DNA of 64,000 nucleotides from Limnochordia bacterium (GTDB lineage: Bacteria; Bacillota; Limnochordia; DTU080), in NCBI GenBank assembly GCA_050951545.1, contig JBMNJG010000016.1, forward strand, positions 64,001 through 128,000. The letters are read 5' to 3'. The translations under genes and the position numbers were made by a program. The notes beneath the pieces are model-generated. The model was not told the DNA's origin and did no database searches. It saw only the letters and a list, made by a program, of their open reading frames with translations. Shown piece by piece: positions 18,218 through 27,990 of the stretch. Numbering within the stretch: the first letter of the stretch is position 1; every line of letters begins with the position of its first letter.

Positions 18218-18293
18218 GCGGATGTAGCTCAGTTGGTAGAGCATCAGCTTCCCAAGCTGAGGGTCGCGGGTTCGAGACCCGTCATCCGCTCCA
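18218..18293 (+). tRNA. tRNA-Gly (CCC)
   Basis: Cloverleaf, TCAGC-TT-CCC-AA-GCTGA, CCA end; upstream TTGATT-N17-TATACT. Confidence 0.97.
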
Positions 18294-18302
18294 TTGTTTT
18301 TG

Positions 18303-18378
18303 GCTAGTGTAGCTCAGCTGGCAGAGCGGCCGCCTCGTAAGCGGCAGGTCGAGGGTTCGAGTCCCTCCACTAGCTCCA
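18303..18378 (+). tRNA. tRNA-Thr (CGT)
   Basis: Cloverleaf, GCCGC-CT-CGT-AA-GCGGC, CCA end. Confidence 0.97.
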
Positions 18379-18590
18379 CAATGACAAGCACGCGGCGAAA
18401 GCGTACGCTGCGTGCTTCTCTATTTACCGCCAACATCCGCTAGGTCTAGGGTGATTGGCGGGCTCGTCCCTTTCCCTATCCGAAGAGCCATCGAGATGTG
18501 CCCGTCATTAGGTCGATATGGGAAACTCCGCTATGTAGATGCTGGACTGAATCGCCGACCGTAGGCGCCTGCCATCAGGTGTCATGGTGG

Positions 18591-18902
18591 TCAGTGCGGG
18601 GTCAGCCTCAGGTCGTCGGTGAGAAAAAAGCCACCAGCTTGACCAATCAGTGCCCAATCGAACTGGAATGGGTGCGCCGCGGTGACACCCCACACCTCGA
18701 ATCGGCGCTCTGCGTCCATGCGGCGAGCGCACCTACCCAACGCCTGTAAATCATCCCAAGTCCAACCGACCTGCGGTCCTGAGACACCCGCGGCCGCAAG
18801 AACCTCTGGGTTGTAGAACATCCCCTCTATCTGCAGGAACGCCGGAAGACTGTACAGTCTTCCTTCAACGGTGTTGTCTGGCATAGTGGCAGGAAAGAAC
18901 AA
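18591..18902 (-). pseudogene. Fragment of a carbohydrate ABC substrate-binding protein gene
   Basis: GRLYSLP...MFYNPEVLAAAGV..P..GWTWDDL internal SBP motif without signal peptide or C-terminus. Confidence 0.75.
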
Positions 18903-19146
18903 ATGACCACGTTGTCTTCGTCAGGTGCAGCCCGAACAAAAGGCGACCAGTTTGCCCCATCCGTACTTGTGCTAATGTAAGCATCTCGCTCAACCCGTAG
19001 ATGCATTTTCCCCCCTGAGGTATAAGAGGGTTGTTACCTGAGCTGGTGAATAAGTACGTCAGTTATTTGTCTTTTGAAAGGCCCGGCGTCCGGACGCCCG
19101 ACCCTACCGCCATGATCTGGCGCAATAGGAGGCGACTCATGCCGAA

Positions 19147-20040
19147 ATGAAGGAGCTGAATGACTTGGCCGCACCATCAGGTGTCATCGTTGCCATGGAT
19201 ACCCCATTCTCTGATACTGGCGAGTACTCCTCCGAACGCACTCGCCGACTGGTCGACTTCCTACTCGCTAGAAAGGTCTCGGGTCTTTTCATCGCCGGAG
19301 GGACTGGCCTGGGCGGTGTACTTTCTATTGACGAACGAATGTCATTGACCGAAACCGTGATGCAGCATGTGCCCAGTGGATTCCCAGTTTTGGTGCACGT
19401 GGGCAGTACCACTACCGCCGATAGCATCGCTCTGGTCCAACACGCCGCCGAGCATCGAGCACCAGCTGCCGTACTATCGTCACCAGAGTGGTTTCATCGC
19501 CATGAGATAGAAGCTGTCACCGAGCACTTTCAGCTTGTCTGTGAAGCAGCCCCTAGCATGTCCATGTATTTTTACCGTCGCTCCTGGGATTCGTGGAGCC
19601 CAGCCACCATTAGCACGCTGCAAAACCAGCTACCCAACATTGTCGGCGTAAAAGACAGTGCGAATGACATCACCCTTCACCTAGAGTTTCTGGCCCTTCC
19701 CAGGCTGGCCATCTTTCAAGGATATGAACCTCTTGCCACCGCCAGTATTCTGGCTGGTGCCAGAGGCCTCGTATCGGGACTCGCCACCATTTTCCCCGAG
19801 GCCGTGGTCAGTCTGTACAACAAGCTGCTCTCTGGGGACCTCGCAGCGGCCAAGGCGCAGCAGGCGCTGGTCAACCAGCTTGTCACGATCACCTACAAGC
19901 CCTCACCGTATCGAAGGTTCAAAGCAGTGTTACATGCCCGTGGATGCCCGGTCGGAGAGGTACGTCGGCCCTTCCGACCCATCGATGCATCAGAAAAGGA
20001 GGCATTGATGCAGCAGCTGCAGATTCTAGACGTCTTGTAG
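19147..20040 (+). CDS. DHDPS/N-acetylneuraminate lyase family aldolase
   Basis: TPF, GGTG loop, LS.DER, Schiff-base Lys in VGVKDS. Confidence 0.88.
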   Translation: MKELNDLAAPSGVIVAMDTPFSDTGEYSSERTRRLVDFLLARKVSGLFIAGGTGLGGVLSIDERMSLTETVMQHVPSGFPVLVHVGSTTTADSIALVQHAAEHRAPAAVLSSPEWFHRHEIEAVTEHFQLVCEAAPSMSMYFYRRSWDSWSPATISTLQNQLPNIVGVKDSANDITLHLEFLALPRLAIFQGYEPLATASILAGARGLVSGLATIFPEAVVSLYNKLLSGDLAAAKAQQALVNQLVTITYKPSPYRRFKAVLHARGCPVGEVRRPFRPIDASEKEALMQQLQILDVL

Positions 20041-20197
20041 ACTACAACTCCTCTGGGCAAAACTGCCTCCTACCTTGACGGCAGTTTTCGCTTGCAGCTG
20101 ATCAACAAGACGCGTGACGTTTTGCAGCCGTACCGTTAGTGTAGAAGAAGACCGGGACTCTCCTTTAGAGGGCCCCGGCGCCTTGGCTTACACGTAA

Positions 20198-21232
20198 TCA
20201 CGTGTAAGTGATGATCGTCCCGAGATGGTTCTGCGGTTCGTCAAGTAGCCCGTAACAAGCGACATCGGCTTTCTCCACTGGCACGCAAGTCGTCACCAGA
20301 TCCTTGACATTGAGTTTTCCTTCCGCTACCCAGCGTACAAAGAGACGAAGGTTCGTCTGCGTCGTCCAACGCACAAAGACCGCAGGGTAGTCTTGGCCAT
20401 GCTCATAAGCCGCATCGTGATAGCCCGGACCAGTTCGCGCCGAGCTTCGCACGTCGAGGTTACCGAGACCAGCCCCCATGGTGTGAGTCAAGGTCCCGCC
20501 AACACTCACGACGCGTCCATAGGCATGGGTATCCGGCGACCGCTTCATCATCCGGTACACATCAGGAAACACCAGGTTTGCCGCTTCCCCAACACAGAGA
20601 AAGGCACAGTCCAACCCCTGCCCACCCGTAACCTCAGCCACGCGAGACACGGCTGCATCACCCGTGTCTGTTGATGCCAAAGAGACGCCAGCCTTGCGAG
20701 CGATCTCGACGGGCAACTGCAAGGGGTCAAAGGCCTGTACACGCGCCCCGGCAATCTGGCAGATCTGGGACACGAGCTGCCCCACCACGCCGAGACCCAT
20801 CACCACAACCTCTTCGCCCCAAACAACCCCACCACGCCGAACAGCTTGCATGGCGGTACCCGCTAAGTTAGTGAAAGCACCTTCTTCGTAACTAACGCTG
20901 TCCGGCAGCGGAACTACCAGATTCTGGGGCACAGTCGCGTAATCCGTGTGCTTCGCTTGTCCGCCCATACAGGCCACGCGCTGGCCCACCTCATAGCCCT
21001 GGCAGCCCTCGCCCAAGGCGATGACCTCACCCGCATTCTGATATCCAAAGGACCTGAACTCACCCTCCGGACTACGCTCTTTGCCTCTCAGTCGACTCAG
21101 CTCAGTGCCAGTACTGATCAACGATGCATGCACTTTGACAAGCACTCTTCCCGGTTCAAGAGGTGGTATGGGCTCCTCTTGCACCTGTATGTATCCTGTG
21201 CTGTTGCGCGTCACCACACGGCGCGTCTTCAT
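20198..21232 (-). CDS. Medium-chain (zinc-binding family) dehydrogenase
   Basis: SLISTGTE, GYQNAGEV, GLGVVGQL Rossmann motif; TAAGGAG RBS. Confidence 0.88.
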   Translation of the reverse strand: MKTRRVVTRNSTGYIQVQEEPIPPLEPGRVLVKVHASLISTGTELSRLRGKERSPEGEFRSFGYQNAGEVIALGEGCQGYEVGQRVACMGGQAKHTDYATVPQNLVVPLPDSVSYEEGAFTNLAGTAMQAVRRGGVVWGEEVVVMGLGVVGQLVSQICQIAGARVQAFDPLQLPVEIARKAGVSLASTDTGDAAVSRVAEVTGGQGLDCAFLCVGEAANLVFPDVYRMMKRSPDTHAYGRVVSVGGTLTHTMGAGLGNLDVRSSARTGPGYHDAAYEHGQDYPAVFVRWTTQTNLRLFVRWVAEGKLNVKDLVTTCVPVEKADVACYGLLDEPQNHLGTIITYT

Positions 21233-21356
21233 CCGGAAATACACTCCTTATGTTTGGGGGATTGTGCCACTCTCCGCTTCGCAAAATGACAGCAGCACAT
21301 ATGTCTCTGCACTTCGATCCGAAACAGATGATCACCTGTTTGATTCTACAAAGCCA

Positions 21357-21394
21357 AAACGCCTTCCCGAAAACCGCTTAGGGAAGGCGTTTTT
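21357..21394 (-). terminator. Terminator downstream of tRNA-Val
   Basis: AAAACGCCTTCCC...GGGAAGGCGTTTT inverted repeat. Confidence 0.75.
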
Positions 21395-21397
21395 GTG

Positions 21398-21474
21398 TGG
21401 TGGGCAGAAAGGGACTCGAACCCCCGGCCTCTACGATGTGAGCGTAGCGCTCTAACCAGCTGAGCTATCTGCCC
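21398..21474 (-). tRNA. tRNA-Val (CAC)
   Basis: Cloverleaf, CTACG-CT-CAC-AT-CGTAG, CCA end; upstream TTGACA-N17-TAAGAT. Confidence 0.97.
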
Positions 21475-21530
21475 TCTTGCACACCCAATCTTATCGCGCT
21501 CAGATCACCTTGTCAACCCTCGAAAATCAT

Positions 21531-22814
21531 CTACAACAGCTGATGACGCACGATAGTCTGCTCACGACCGGGCCCTACTGACACGATGGCAATCGGCACA
21601 CGACTTACCTCAGACACCCGCCTAAGATAGGCCTGGGCATTATCTGGGAGCTCTTCACACGTGGTGATGCCAGAGATATCCTCTTGCCAACCGGGCATCG
21701 TCTCATAGATGGGCTCACACCGCTGCAAGACCTCGACGCTGCTGGGAAACTGCTCAAGATGCTTTCCGTCACATCTGTAGGCTACGCACAGCTTAAGCTC
21801 ATCAAGACCCGACAAGACATCGAGCTTCATCACGGCTAACGTAGCCAGCCCGTTCACCCGCGCTGCGTAGCGGGTAATCACGCCGTCAAACCAGCCAACA
21901 CGCCGAGGTCGCCCCGTGGTCGTACCAAACTCTGCACCCTGGGTGCGAAGCTCCTCTGCTAGTCTGCCTCCCAGCTCCGAAGGAAACGGGCCCTCACCTA
22001 CGCGTGTGGTATAGGCCTTAACCACACCTAACACGTTGCCTAACAGATGCGGCCCCACTCCACTTCCTGTGGCAGCGCCGCCCGCGGTGGCAGACGACGA
22101 CGTCACAAAAGGATAGGTGCCATGGTCTATATCGAGCAAGGTTCCCTGCGCTCCCTCAAATAGCACCCGTGCCCCTTGCTCGAGTCGCGCATGGAGTAGT
22201 GATGAGGTGTCAGTAACCATCGGGGCCAGACGTTGGGCAGCGGCGCCGCACTGCTCCAAGATCCCGTCTATAGAAAGCCCAGGGTGACAATAGAGCGCAC
22301 CCAAAAGCGCGTTCTTGCCGGGCAGTACTTCCTGCAGGCGTCTGCGAAAACTCTCCGGCGTCAAGAGATCGACCATGCGCACCCCACTGCGCGCCACCTT
22401 ATCAACGTAGGCAGGGCCAATACCTCGACCAGTCGTGCCTATGCGCTTGCCGGCCCGCTGCTCTTCCTCAAGCTTGTCCAGCAGTCGATGATAGGGCAAA
22501 ATGACGTGCGCACGTTCGCTAATCGCCAGTTGTACTGGGCCGATGCCCCCCTGTTCAAGGCTCTCGAGCTCCTCGACCAAGAGCACCGGATCCACAACCA
22601 CGCCGTTGCCGATCACGCATAGCGTCCCAGAGTGAATGGCACCGGAGGGCACGAGGTGCAGCTTGAACACCCGTCCATTGACCACCACTGTGTGCCCAGC
22701 ATTGCTGCCACCTTGGTAGCGCACCACCACCTGAGCTCGCTCTGCCAAGAAATCCGTGATCTTCCCTTTGCCCTCGTCTCCCCATTGTGCCCCAACAACA
22801 ACAACCGACGGCAT
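21531..22814 (-). CDS. purA: Adenylosuccinate synthetase
   Basis: GAQWGDEGKGK, GTTGRGIGPAY, EFGTTTGRPRR. Confidence 0.99.
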   Translation of the reverse strand: MPSVVVVGAQWGDEGKGKITDFLAERAQVVVRYQGGSNAGHTVVVNGRVFKLHLVPSGAIHSGTLCVIGNGVVVDPVLLVEELESLEQGGIGPVQLAISERAHVILPYHRLLDKLEEEQRAGKRIGTTGRGIGPAYVDKVARSGVRMVDLLTPESFRRRLQEVLPGKNALLGALYCHPGLSIDGILEQCGAAAQRLAPMVTDTSSLLHARLEQGARVLFEGAQGTLLDIDHGTYPFVTSSSATAGGAATGSGVGPHLLGNVLGVVKAYTTRVGEGPFPSELGGRLAEELRTQGAEFGTTTGRPRRVGWFDGVITRYAARVNGLATLAVMKLDVLSGLDELKLCVAYRCDGKHLEQFPSSVEVLQRCEPIYETMPGWQEDISGITTCEELPDNAQAYLRRVSEVSRVPIAIVSVGPGREQTIVRHQLL

Positions 22815-23060
22815 GGATCACATCGCCCCCCCGTGGTGCGGGTGAGCACTTGGACGCTGAAGAGAGCCAGCTGCCTCCAGTGCTCCGACTGCGGTTCAAT
22901 CTTAAGCAAAGCGTGACCTCGTTGTCAACTGAAGACGCTCCAAGACCAGCAAACGACAAGCCACATGAACCATCGCCGGGGACTATTTCGGTGTGACCCC
23001 TCTCAACATAGTGTAGATGAGGTATCTAGCAGAAAGAGCACCAAAAGGAGGTCGAGGAAA

Positions 23061-23249
23061 TTGCCCAGCTTCTGCCAGGAGCTGCGCCAGGCCATCACGA
23101 ACATTGATCAAGCCATAGGCAACCTACGCAATGCTCGAGCTTTGTCTACCCGCCTCACCACAAGGCGCATCCTCAATCGCAATATCAACACCCTTCTGGC
23201 CGTGCGAGCCTCCAAAAGGCGGCTTCGTGATAGACGCTGCAACGATTAG
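23061..23249 (+). CDS. Small Arg-rich helical protein (62 aa)
   Basis: AAAGGAGG RBS then TTG at 23061; MPSFCQELRQAITNIDQAIGNLRNAR...RRLRDRRCND. Confidence 0.65.
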   Translation: MPSFCQELRQAITNIDQAIGNLRNARALSTRLTTRRILNRNINTLLAVRASKRRLRDRRCND

Positions 23250-23303
23250 TCGGCCCTTCGCCACACGGCGTGGGCCCTCTGGCCCACGCCTGTGTCTACG
23301 CGG

Positions 23304-24068
23304 CTATCTTCCTGACTGCATATATGAGCACAGATCAACAAGCGAGCACCGTGGGTTACACGCCTCTGACGAGAGACACTTGTATCGTCCTAGGCGATAC
23401 AGACACGTAGTATCACCGTCAAAGACCCTGTCCACCACACTCTGTATCTCTTCTTTGACAACCGCCCAAGCCTTGGTACCATCCACCAGTCCCAGGCGCA
23501 CTAGGGCCCGTCTCACATGCGCGTCGCAATAAAGCGTCTCACTTCTGCTCAGACTAGTCCACAGGCCAGCCTCATGCATACAGCGGCACACCCACCGGGC
23601 TCGGGTATGGATCTGTCGGAACTCCTGGAGAGCCTGCACGACCTCCCTGGAAGCATAAGACTGCTCATACAGCCGATTCAGGTCACCGCCGTACACATCG
23701 TGCAGTCTTTGGGCATTCTCATAAAGAGCCATTGCCTTTTTTCCACGGTCGACGATCCCCCGATACTCTGCACCCAGCACTTCACCAAGTCGATGCATGT
23801 CCTGCTCCCGCATCTGCAACATGCGCCCGAGATCAAGCAGCCCATTCTGACGAAGCGCTTCACAGGTTGTCTCAGCAACGGCTTCACTCACCCGGGCCGC
23901 CAAAAGAACGCCCAAGACCAGCAGCTCCCACCGCCCCTGCGAATTTGTCAGGTCAATCTGCACCTGTAGCCCTTGAAAGAGACCAGGTGTCTCCAATCCC
24001 TGTACCAAGCCACACACGCGCTCTGCCAGGCTCTCAGTGGCACCAGCTCCAATTTCCAGGTTCGCCAT
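23304..24068 (-). CDS. Endonuclease III/HhH-GPD-like protein with putative [4Fe-4S] motif
   Basis: ELLVLGVLLAA, CDAHVRRALVRLGL, C-terminal C-x5-C-x3-C-x5-C. Confidence 0.65.
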   Translation of the reverse strand: MANLEIGAGATESLAERVCGLVQGLETPGLFQGLQVQIDLTNSQGRWELLVLGVLLAARVSEAVAETTCEALRQNGLLDLGRMLQMREQDMHRLGEVLGAEYRGIVDRGKKAMALYENAQRLHDVYGGDLNRLYEQSYASREVVQALQEFRQIHTRARWVCRCMHEAGLWTSLSRSETLYCDAHVRRALVRLGLVDGTKAWAVVKEEIQSVVDRVFDGDTTCLYRLGRYKCLSSEACNPRCSLVDLCSYMQSGR

Positions 24069-24212
24069 GCTACAGCCCCCCATAACAAAACACCAGTTGG
24101 CTCACGAGCCAGCTGGTGCCTAAGGAAAGGGCTTTTCCACCCTAAGTATACCACCGACAATGTGGAGGCGCAAGCGATTTGGCTGGCCACCTGTCAAGGC
24201 GGTTGATGGGCC

Positions 24213-24983
24213 TTACTTCTTCAGGAACAACCTCTCTGCGTTCTCACTGGTCTGAGCCGCCACATACCGCGGGCTCTTTCCATGAAGCTGCGCCAAAGCT
24301 TCAGCCACCTTCGGCACGAACGCTGGCTCGTTACGCCGCCCTCGGAAAGGCGTCGGTGCCAGATACGGTGCATCGGTCTCAAGCAGAATGTGCTCGAGCG
24401 AGATCGTCTTGAGCACCGCTCGAAGCTCGTGCGCATTGCCAAAGGTGATCGGGCCACCGACTCCCAAGAACAATCCGTGATCCAAGGCCTGCTGCGCTAC
24501 ATCCAGGCTACTCCAGAAACAATGCATCACTCCCGAGAGGGGAGCGAAGGCCGACAATTGCGCTAAGATGTCCGCATCGGCTTCCCGATTGTGCACCACT
24601 ACAGGCAACTCATGATCCCGAGCCAGCTGTAGTTGCGCCCGCATCGCCTCTTTTTGCATCTCCCTTGGGGAAAAGTCGTAGTGGTAGTCCAGGCCTATCT
24701 CGCCGACGGCCACTACCTCAGGGCTGGCGAGCAGCTCACGCAACCGCTGCTCCACCGCCGTACCCCAACCTACTGCCGCGTGAGGATGCACACCCGCGGT
24801 GGCCTTGAGAGTGGGGACCTTTGCCGCAAGCGCTGTAACAGCCTCAGACGAGGCCAGATCATCAGCCACATTGAGCATCCACTTCACCCCAGCATCGTGC
24901 GCAGCACGCACCACCTGCTCAAGGTCATCGGCAAAGGCCTCGCTGCACAGATGGGCGTGCGTGTCTACCAACTGGAGGCTCAC
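24213..24983 (-). CDS. tatD: TatD family DNase
   Basis: DTHAHL, GVHPH, GEIGLDY, LETDAPYL. Confidence 0.95.
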   Translation of the reverse strand: MSLQLVDTHAHLCSEAFADDLEQVVRAAHDAGVKWMLNVADDLASSEAVTALAAKVPTLKATAGVHPHAAVGWGTAVEQRLRELLASPEVVAVGEIGLDYHYDFSPREMQKEAMRAQLQLARDHELPVVVHNREADADILAQLSAFAPLSGVMHCFWSSLDVAQQALDHGLFLGVGGPITFGNAHELRAVLKTISLEHILLETDAPYLAPTPFRGRRNEPAFVPKVAEALAQLHGKSPRYVAAQTSENAERLFLKK

Positions 24984-26938
24984 CGCACCGTAGCTCCGGG
25001 AGCAATCTCCTCTGCCACCGTCACCACACCAAGCTTGCCTTCACCATCGACAGCAGCCAGAAGCATGCCCTCAGATAGCTCTCCCCGTAGCTTCGCTGGC
25101 TTGAGGTTGGCCACAACAACAATTCTCTTGCCAACCAATGCCTCGGGAGCGTAATGCTGAGCAATTCCGGCCACAATCTGTCGCTTCTCGTCGCCCAGAC
25201 TAACCTGCAGCTTCAGCAGCTTGTCAGCTCCGACAACCCGCTCAGCAGACTCCACCACAGCCAGCCGCAACTGGACCTTCGCGAACTCGTCTATCGTGAT
25301 AATGCCTTCGTTTTCCGGTTCAGCCGTTGCCACCTGATCATCCTTCCTCTCTTGCACTGCGCTTGCCCCAGCCTGGGGCTCTTCCTGTTCCTCTTGCGCC
25401 AGCACTTCGCTCAGATCGAGCCGTGGGAACAAGGGGTCACCCTTTGCTGTGCGTGTACCCGCCAGAATTCCTCCCCACGCCAGGTCTACATAGCCCTGCC
25501 GCTCCAAAGCAGTGAGCCCCAGCTGTCGCCAGATCTCCTTGCCCGATGCCGGCAAGAACGACGTGAGCATAAGCGCGATGATGCGCAACGCTTCACAGAC
25601 ATGATACATCACCGTATGGAGACGCTCGCGCGTAGAAGCCTCCTTGGCTAAGCTCCAGGGCTCGGTCTCGTCGATATACTTGTTTACGCCGCCGACCAGA
25701 CGCCATAGCTCCACCAAGGCGACGTTTACTTCGAGCTTCTGTAGATGCCGATCGACGCCATCGACGACTTCCGCAGCAAGCTGCTGAAACCGCAGATCGA
25801 TAGGTTCAGGTGCCCCTGGTTGAGGCACTACCCCATCGCAGAAACGCTCGAGCATCGAAAGACTACGATGCAGAGCGTTGCCAAGGTCGTTTGCGAGGTC
25901 CGCGTTGATCCGCTCTGCGAGGGCTCGGCGTGCATACTTGGCATCCTGTCCGAAGGGCACCTCCCGTAGCAGGAAATAGCGGATAGCATCCGTACCGAAC
26001 TCGTCGATAAGAGCGTTGGGATCGACCACGTTCCCCTTGGACTTAGACATTTTCCCTGAATCGACTAGCAGCCACCCATGGCCATACACTTGCTTGGGAA
26101 GTGGCAGACCAAGAGCCATGAGCAGAGTGGGCCAAATTATGGAATGGAAGCGCAGGATATCCTTCCCCACCACATGTACATCCGCTGGCCACCAAGCTCT
26201 GAATCGAGCCTCGTCCGCAGGATAACCAATGGCGGTAAGGTAATTCGACAGGGCATCGATCCAGACGTAAATCACGTGTTCCGGATCAAAAGGTACTGGT
26301 ATGCCCCAATCGAAGCTTGTGCGTGATACGCATAAGTCCTCAAGGCCCTGCCGGATGAAGCTTACCATTTCGTTACGGCGAGTAGCTGGCTGGATGAACT
26401 CCGGGTGTGCCTCGATATGAGCCAGCAACCGCGGCCCATACGCCGACATCCGGAAAAAGTAGCTCTCTTCCGTCACCCATTCCACGGGTCTGCCGCAGTC
26501 AGGACAATTGCCGTCTACCAGGCGATTCTCCACACAGAAAGTCTCGCACGGGGTACAATACCAGCCCTCATACTTGGAGCTGTAAATGTCGCCCTGCTCG
26601 TAAAGCTGACGAAAGATCGCCTGTACCACCTGCGTATGACGGGGTTCGGTGGTACGGATGAAGTCATCGTAGGAGACCCCCAGCCGCTTCCATAGCGCTT
26701 GAAAGGTAGCCACGATCGCATCAACATACTCCTTGGGGTCCTTACCTTGCACAGCGGCAGCGCGTTCGATCTTTTGCCCATGCTCATCAGAACCCGTAAG
26801 AAAAAACACTTTCTCTCCTTTGAACCTGTGCCAGCGAGCCAGGGCATCACAGTACACAGTGGTATACGCATGCCCGATATGCAGTACATCGCTGGGATAG
26901 TAAATAGGCGTTGTGATGTAGAATCTGCCTTCTGCCAC
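24980..26938 (-). CDS. metG: Methionyl-tRNA synthetase with C-terminal tRNA-binding domain
   Basis: FYITTPIYY, HIGH, KMSKS, OB-fold tail; AAAGGAG RBS before GTG 26938. Confidence 0.98.
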   Translation of the reverse strand: MAEGRFYITTPIYYPSDVLHIGHAYTTVYCDALARWHRFKGEKVFFLTGSDEHGQKIERAAAVQGKDPKEYVDAIVATFQALWKRLGVSYDDFIRTTEPRHTQVVQAIFRQLYEQGDIYSSKYEGWYCTPCETFCVENRLVDGNCPDCGRPVEWVTEESYFFRMSAYGPRLLAHIEAHPEFIQPATRRNEMVSFIRQGLEDLCVSRTSFDWGIPVPFDPEHVIYVWIDALSNYLTAIGYPADEARFRAWWPADVHVVGKDILRFHSIIWPTLLMALGLPLPKQVYGHGWLLVDSGKMSKSKGNVVDPNALIDEFGTDAIRYFLLREVPFGQDAKYARRALAERINADLANDLGNALHRSLSMLERFCDGVVPQPGAPEPIDLRFQQLAAEVVDGVDRHLQKLEVNVALVELWRLVGGVNKYIDETEPWSLAKEASTRERLHTVMYHVCEALRIIALMLTSFLPASGKEIWRQLGLTALERQGYVDLAWGGILAGTRTAKGDPLFPRLDLSEVLAQEEQEEPQAGASAVQERKDDQVATAEPENEGIITIDEFAKVQLRLAVVESAERVVGADKLLKLQVSLGDEKRQIVAGIAQHYAPEALVGKRIVVVANLKPAKLRGELSEGMLLAAVDGEGKLGVVTVAEEIAPGATVR

Positions 26939-26965
26939 CAGCGGGCTCCTTTCTGCTGTGAAATA

Positions 26966-27240
26966 CAAAAAACCTCTGTCCCCACAGGGACGAGAGGCCA
27001 TCTCGTGGTACCACCCTGATTCACTCGTCACCGAGCCTCATACTCAGGTACTCCCGCATGCACTGCGGTTCGTATACCCTGCGCTCTAACGGGCGCCTAC
27101 GCCCTTACCCTACACAGATCAGCTGATCCTTCAGGAGGGAGCTCTGGGGCCATGTTCACTAGCAGATCACGCGCCGGCTCACACCTGTCCCGGCTCTCTT
27201 GTAGCGTGCCTCTACCACTTACTCTTCCCCGTCATCGCCG
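26966..27240 (-). promoter_or_regulatory. T-box riboswitch (Met, AUG specifier) with terminator
   Basis: GCGATGACGGGAAGAGTA..AGAGAG..GGTGTGA..GAAC-ATG specifier; AATCAGGGTGGTACCACG T-box; CCTCTCGTCCC..GGGACAGAGG-T6. Confidence 0.93.
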
Positions 27241-27440
27241 AACCTTCCCCCACATCATAGTTTCCCCGCTGGCCCTCTGTCAAGCCATAGTGCAAGTTCA
27301 GGCAATCACCTCATACAATTCACAGGGAGCGCATGGGCGCCCGACCCTACGGGCGGCGGCCCGCCACGAGCTATGAAAAAGAAAGGCGTTCATGTCGATG
27401 TTACAGCGTAGAAGGGTCTTCAAAGAGGAGGCGATCGCGC

Positions 27441-27887
27441 ATGGGAACTGGTACCGCCGTACTCGTCATTATCCTGCTGGCTGGTCTGTTAGGTGGAAAC
27501 GATCTGGTCTCAGTGGCCTCAGGGCTCATGCTCGCCCTACAACTCGCGGATGTACCTGGCATGTTCGGCTTTCTTGAGACCTATGCAACGCAGCTCGGTA
27601 TTACGTTCCTCTTCATAGGACTGCTTCTCCCCTTCGCGACAGGACAAATGGGGCTAACCTTGGCTGCCAAGTCGATTCTCTGCACTCGGGGCGTCGTAGC
27701 CATTGCCATCGGTGCCCTGGGAGCCTATCTGGCTGCCGAGGGGGTCAGCTTGCTCAGTACCAGGCCCGAGACTATGGTAGGCATGGTGATCGGCTCTGTG
27801 CTAGGTGTCTCGTTCCTGGGCGGCATTCCTGCAGGACCCCTGGTAGCTGCTGGGCTCGCCGCTCTAGTCTACAAACTCGTGGAGTAA
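27441..27887 (+). CDS. DUF441 membrane protein
   Basis: GSVLGVSFLGGIPAGPLVAAG motif; GAGGAGG RBS. Confidence 0.88.
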   Translation: MGTGTAVLVIILLAGLLGGNDLVSVASGLMLALQLADVPGMFGFLETYATQLGITFLFIGLLLPFATGQMGLTLAAKSILCTRGVVAIAIGALGAYLAAEGVSLLSTRPETMVGMVIGSVLGVSFLGGIPAGPLVAAGLAALVYKLVE

Positions 27888-27912
27888 AGACCACGATAAA
27901 CCCGTGCACACA

Positions 27913-27941
27913 TTGACTGTCCTGGAAAACGCAACTATACT
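27913..27941 (+). promoter_or_regulatory. sigma-A promoter of abrB
   Basis: TTGACT-N17-TATACT. Confidence 0.65.
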
Positions 27942-27990
27942 TGATCTGTCATAGCATACGGATTTAATCCAAATGAGGGAGCCCATGGCA

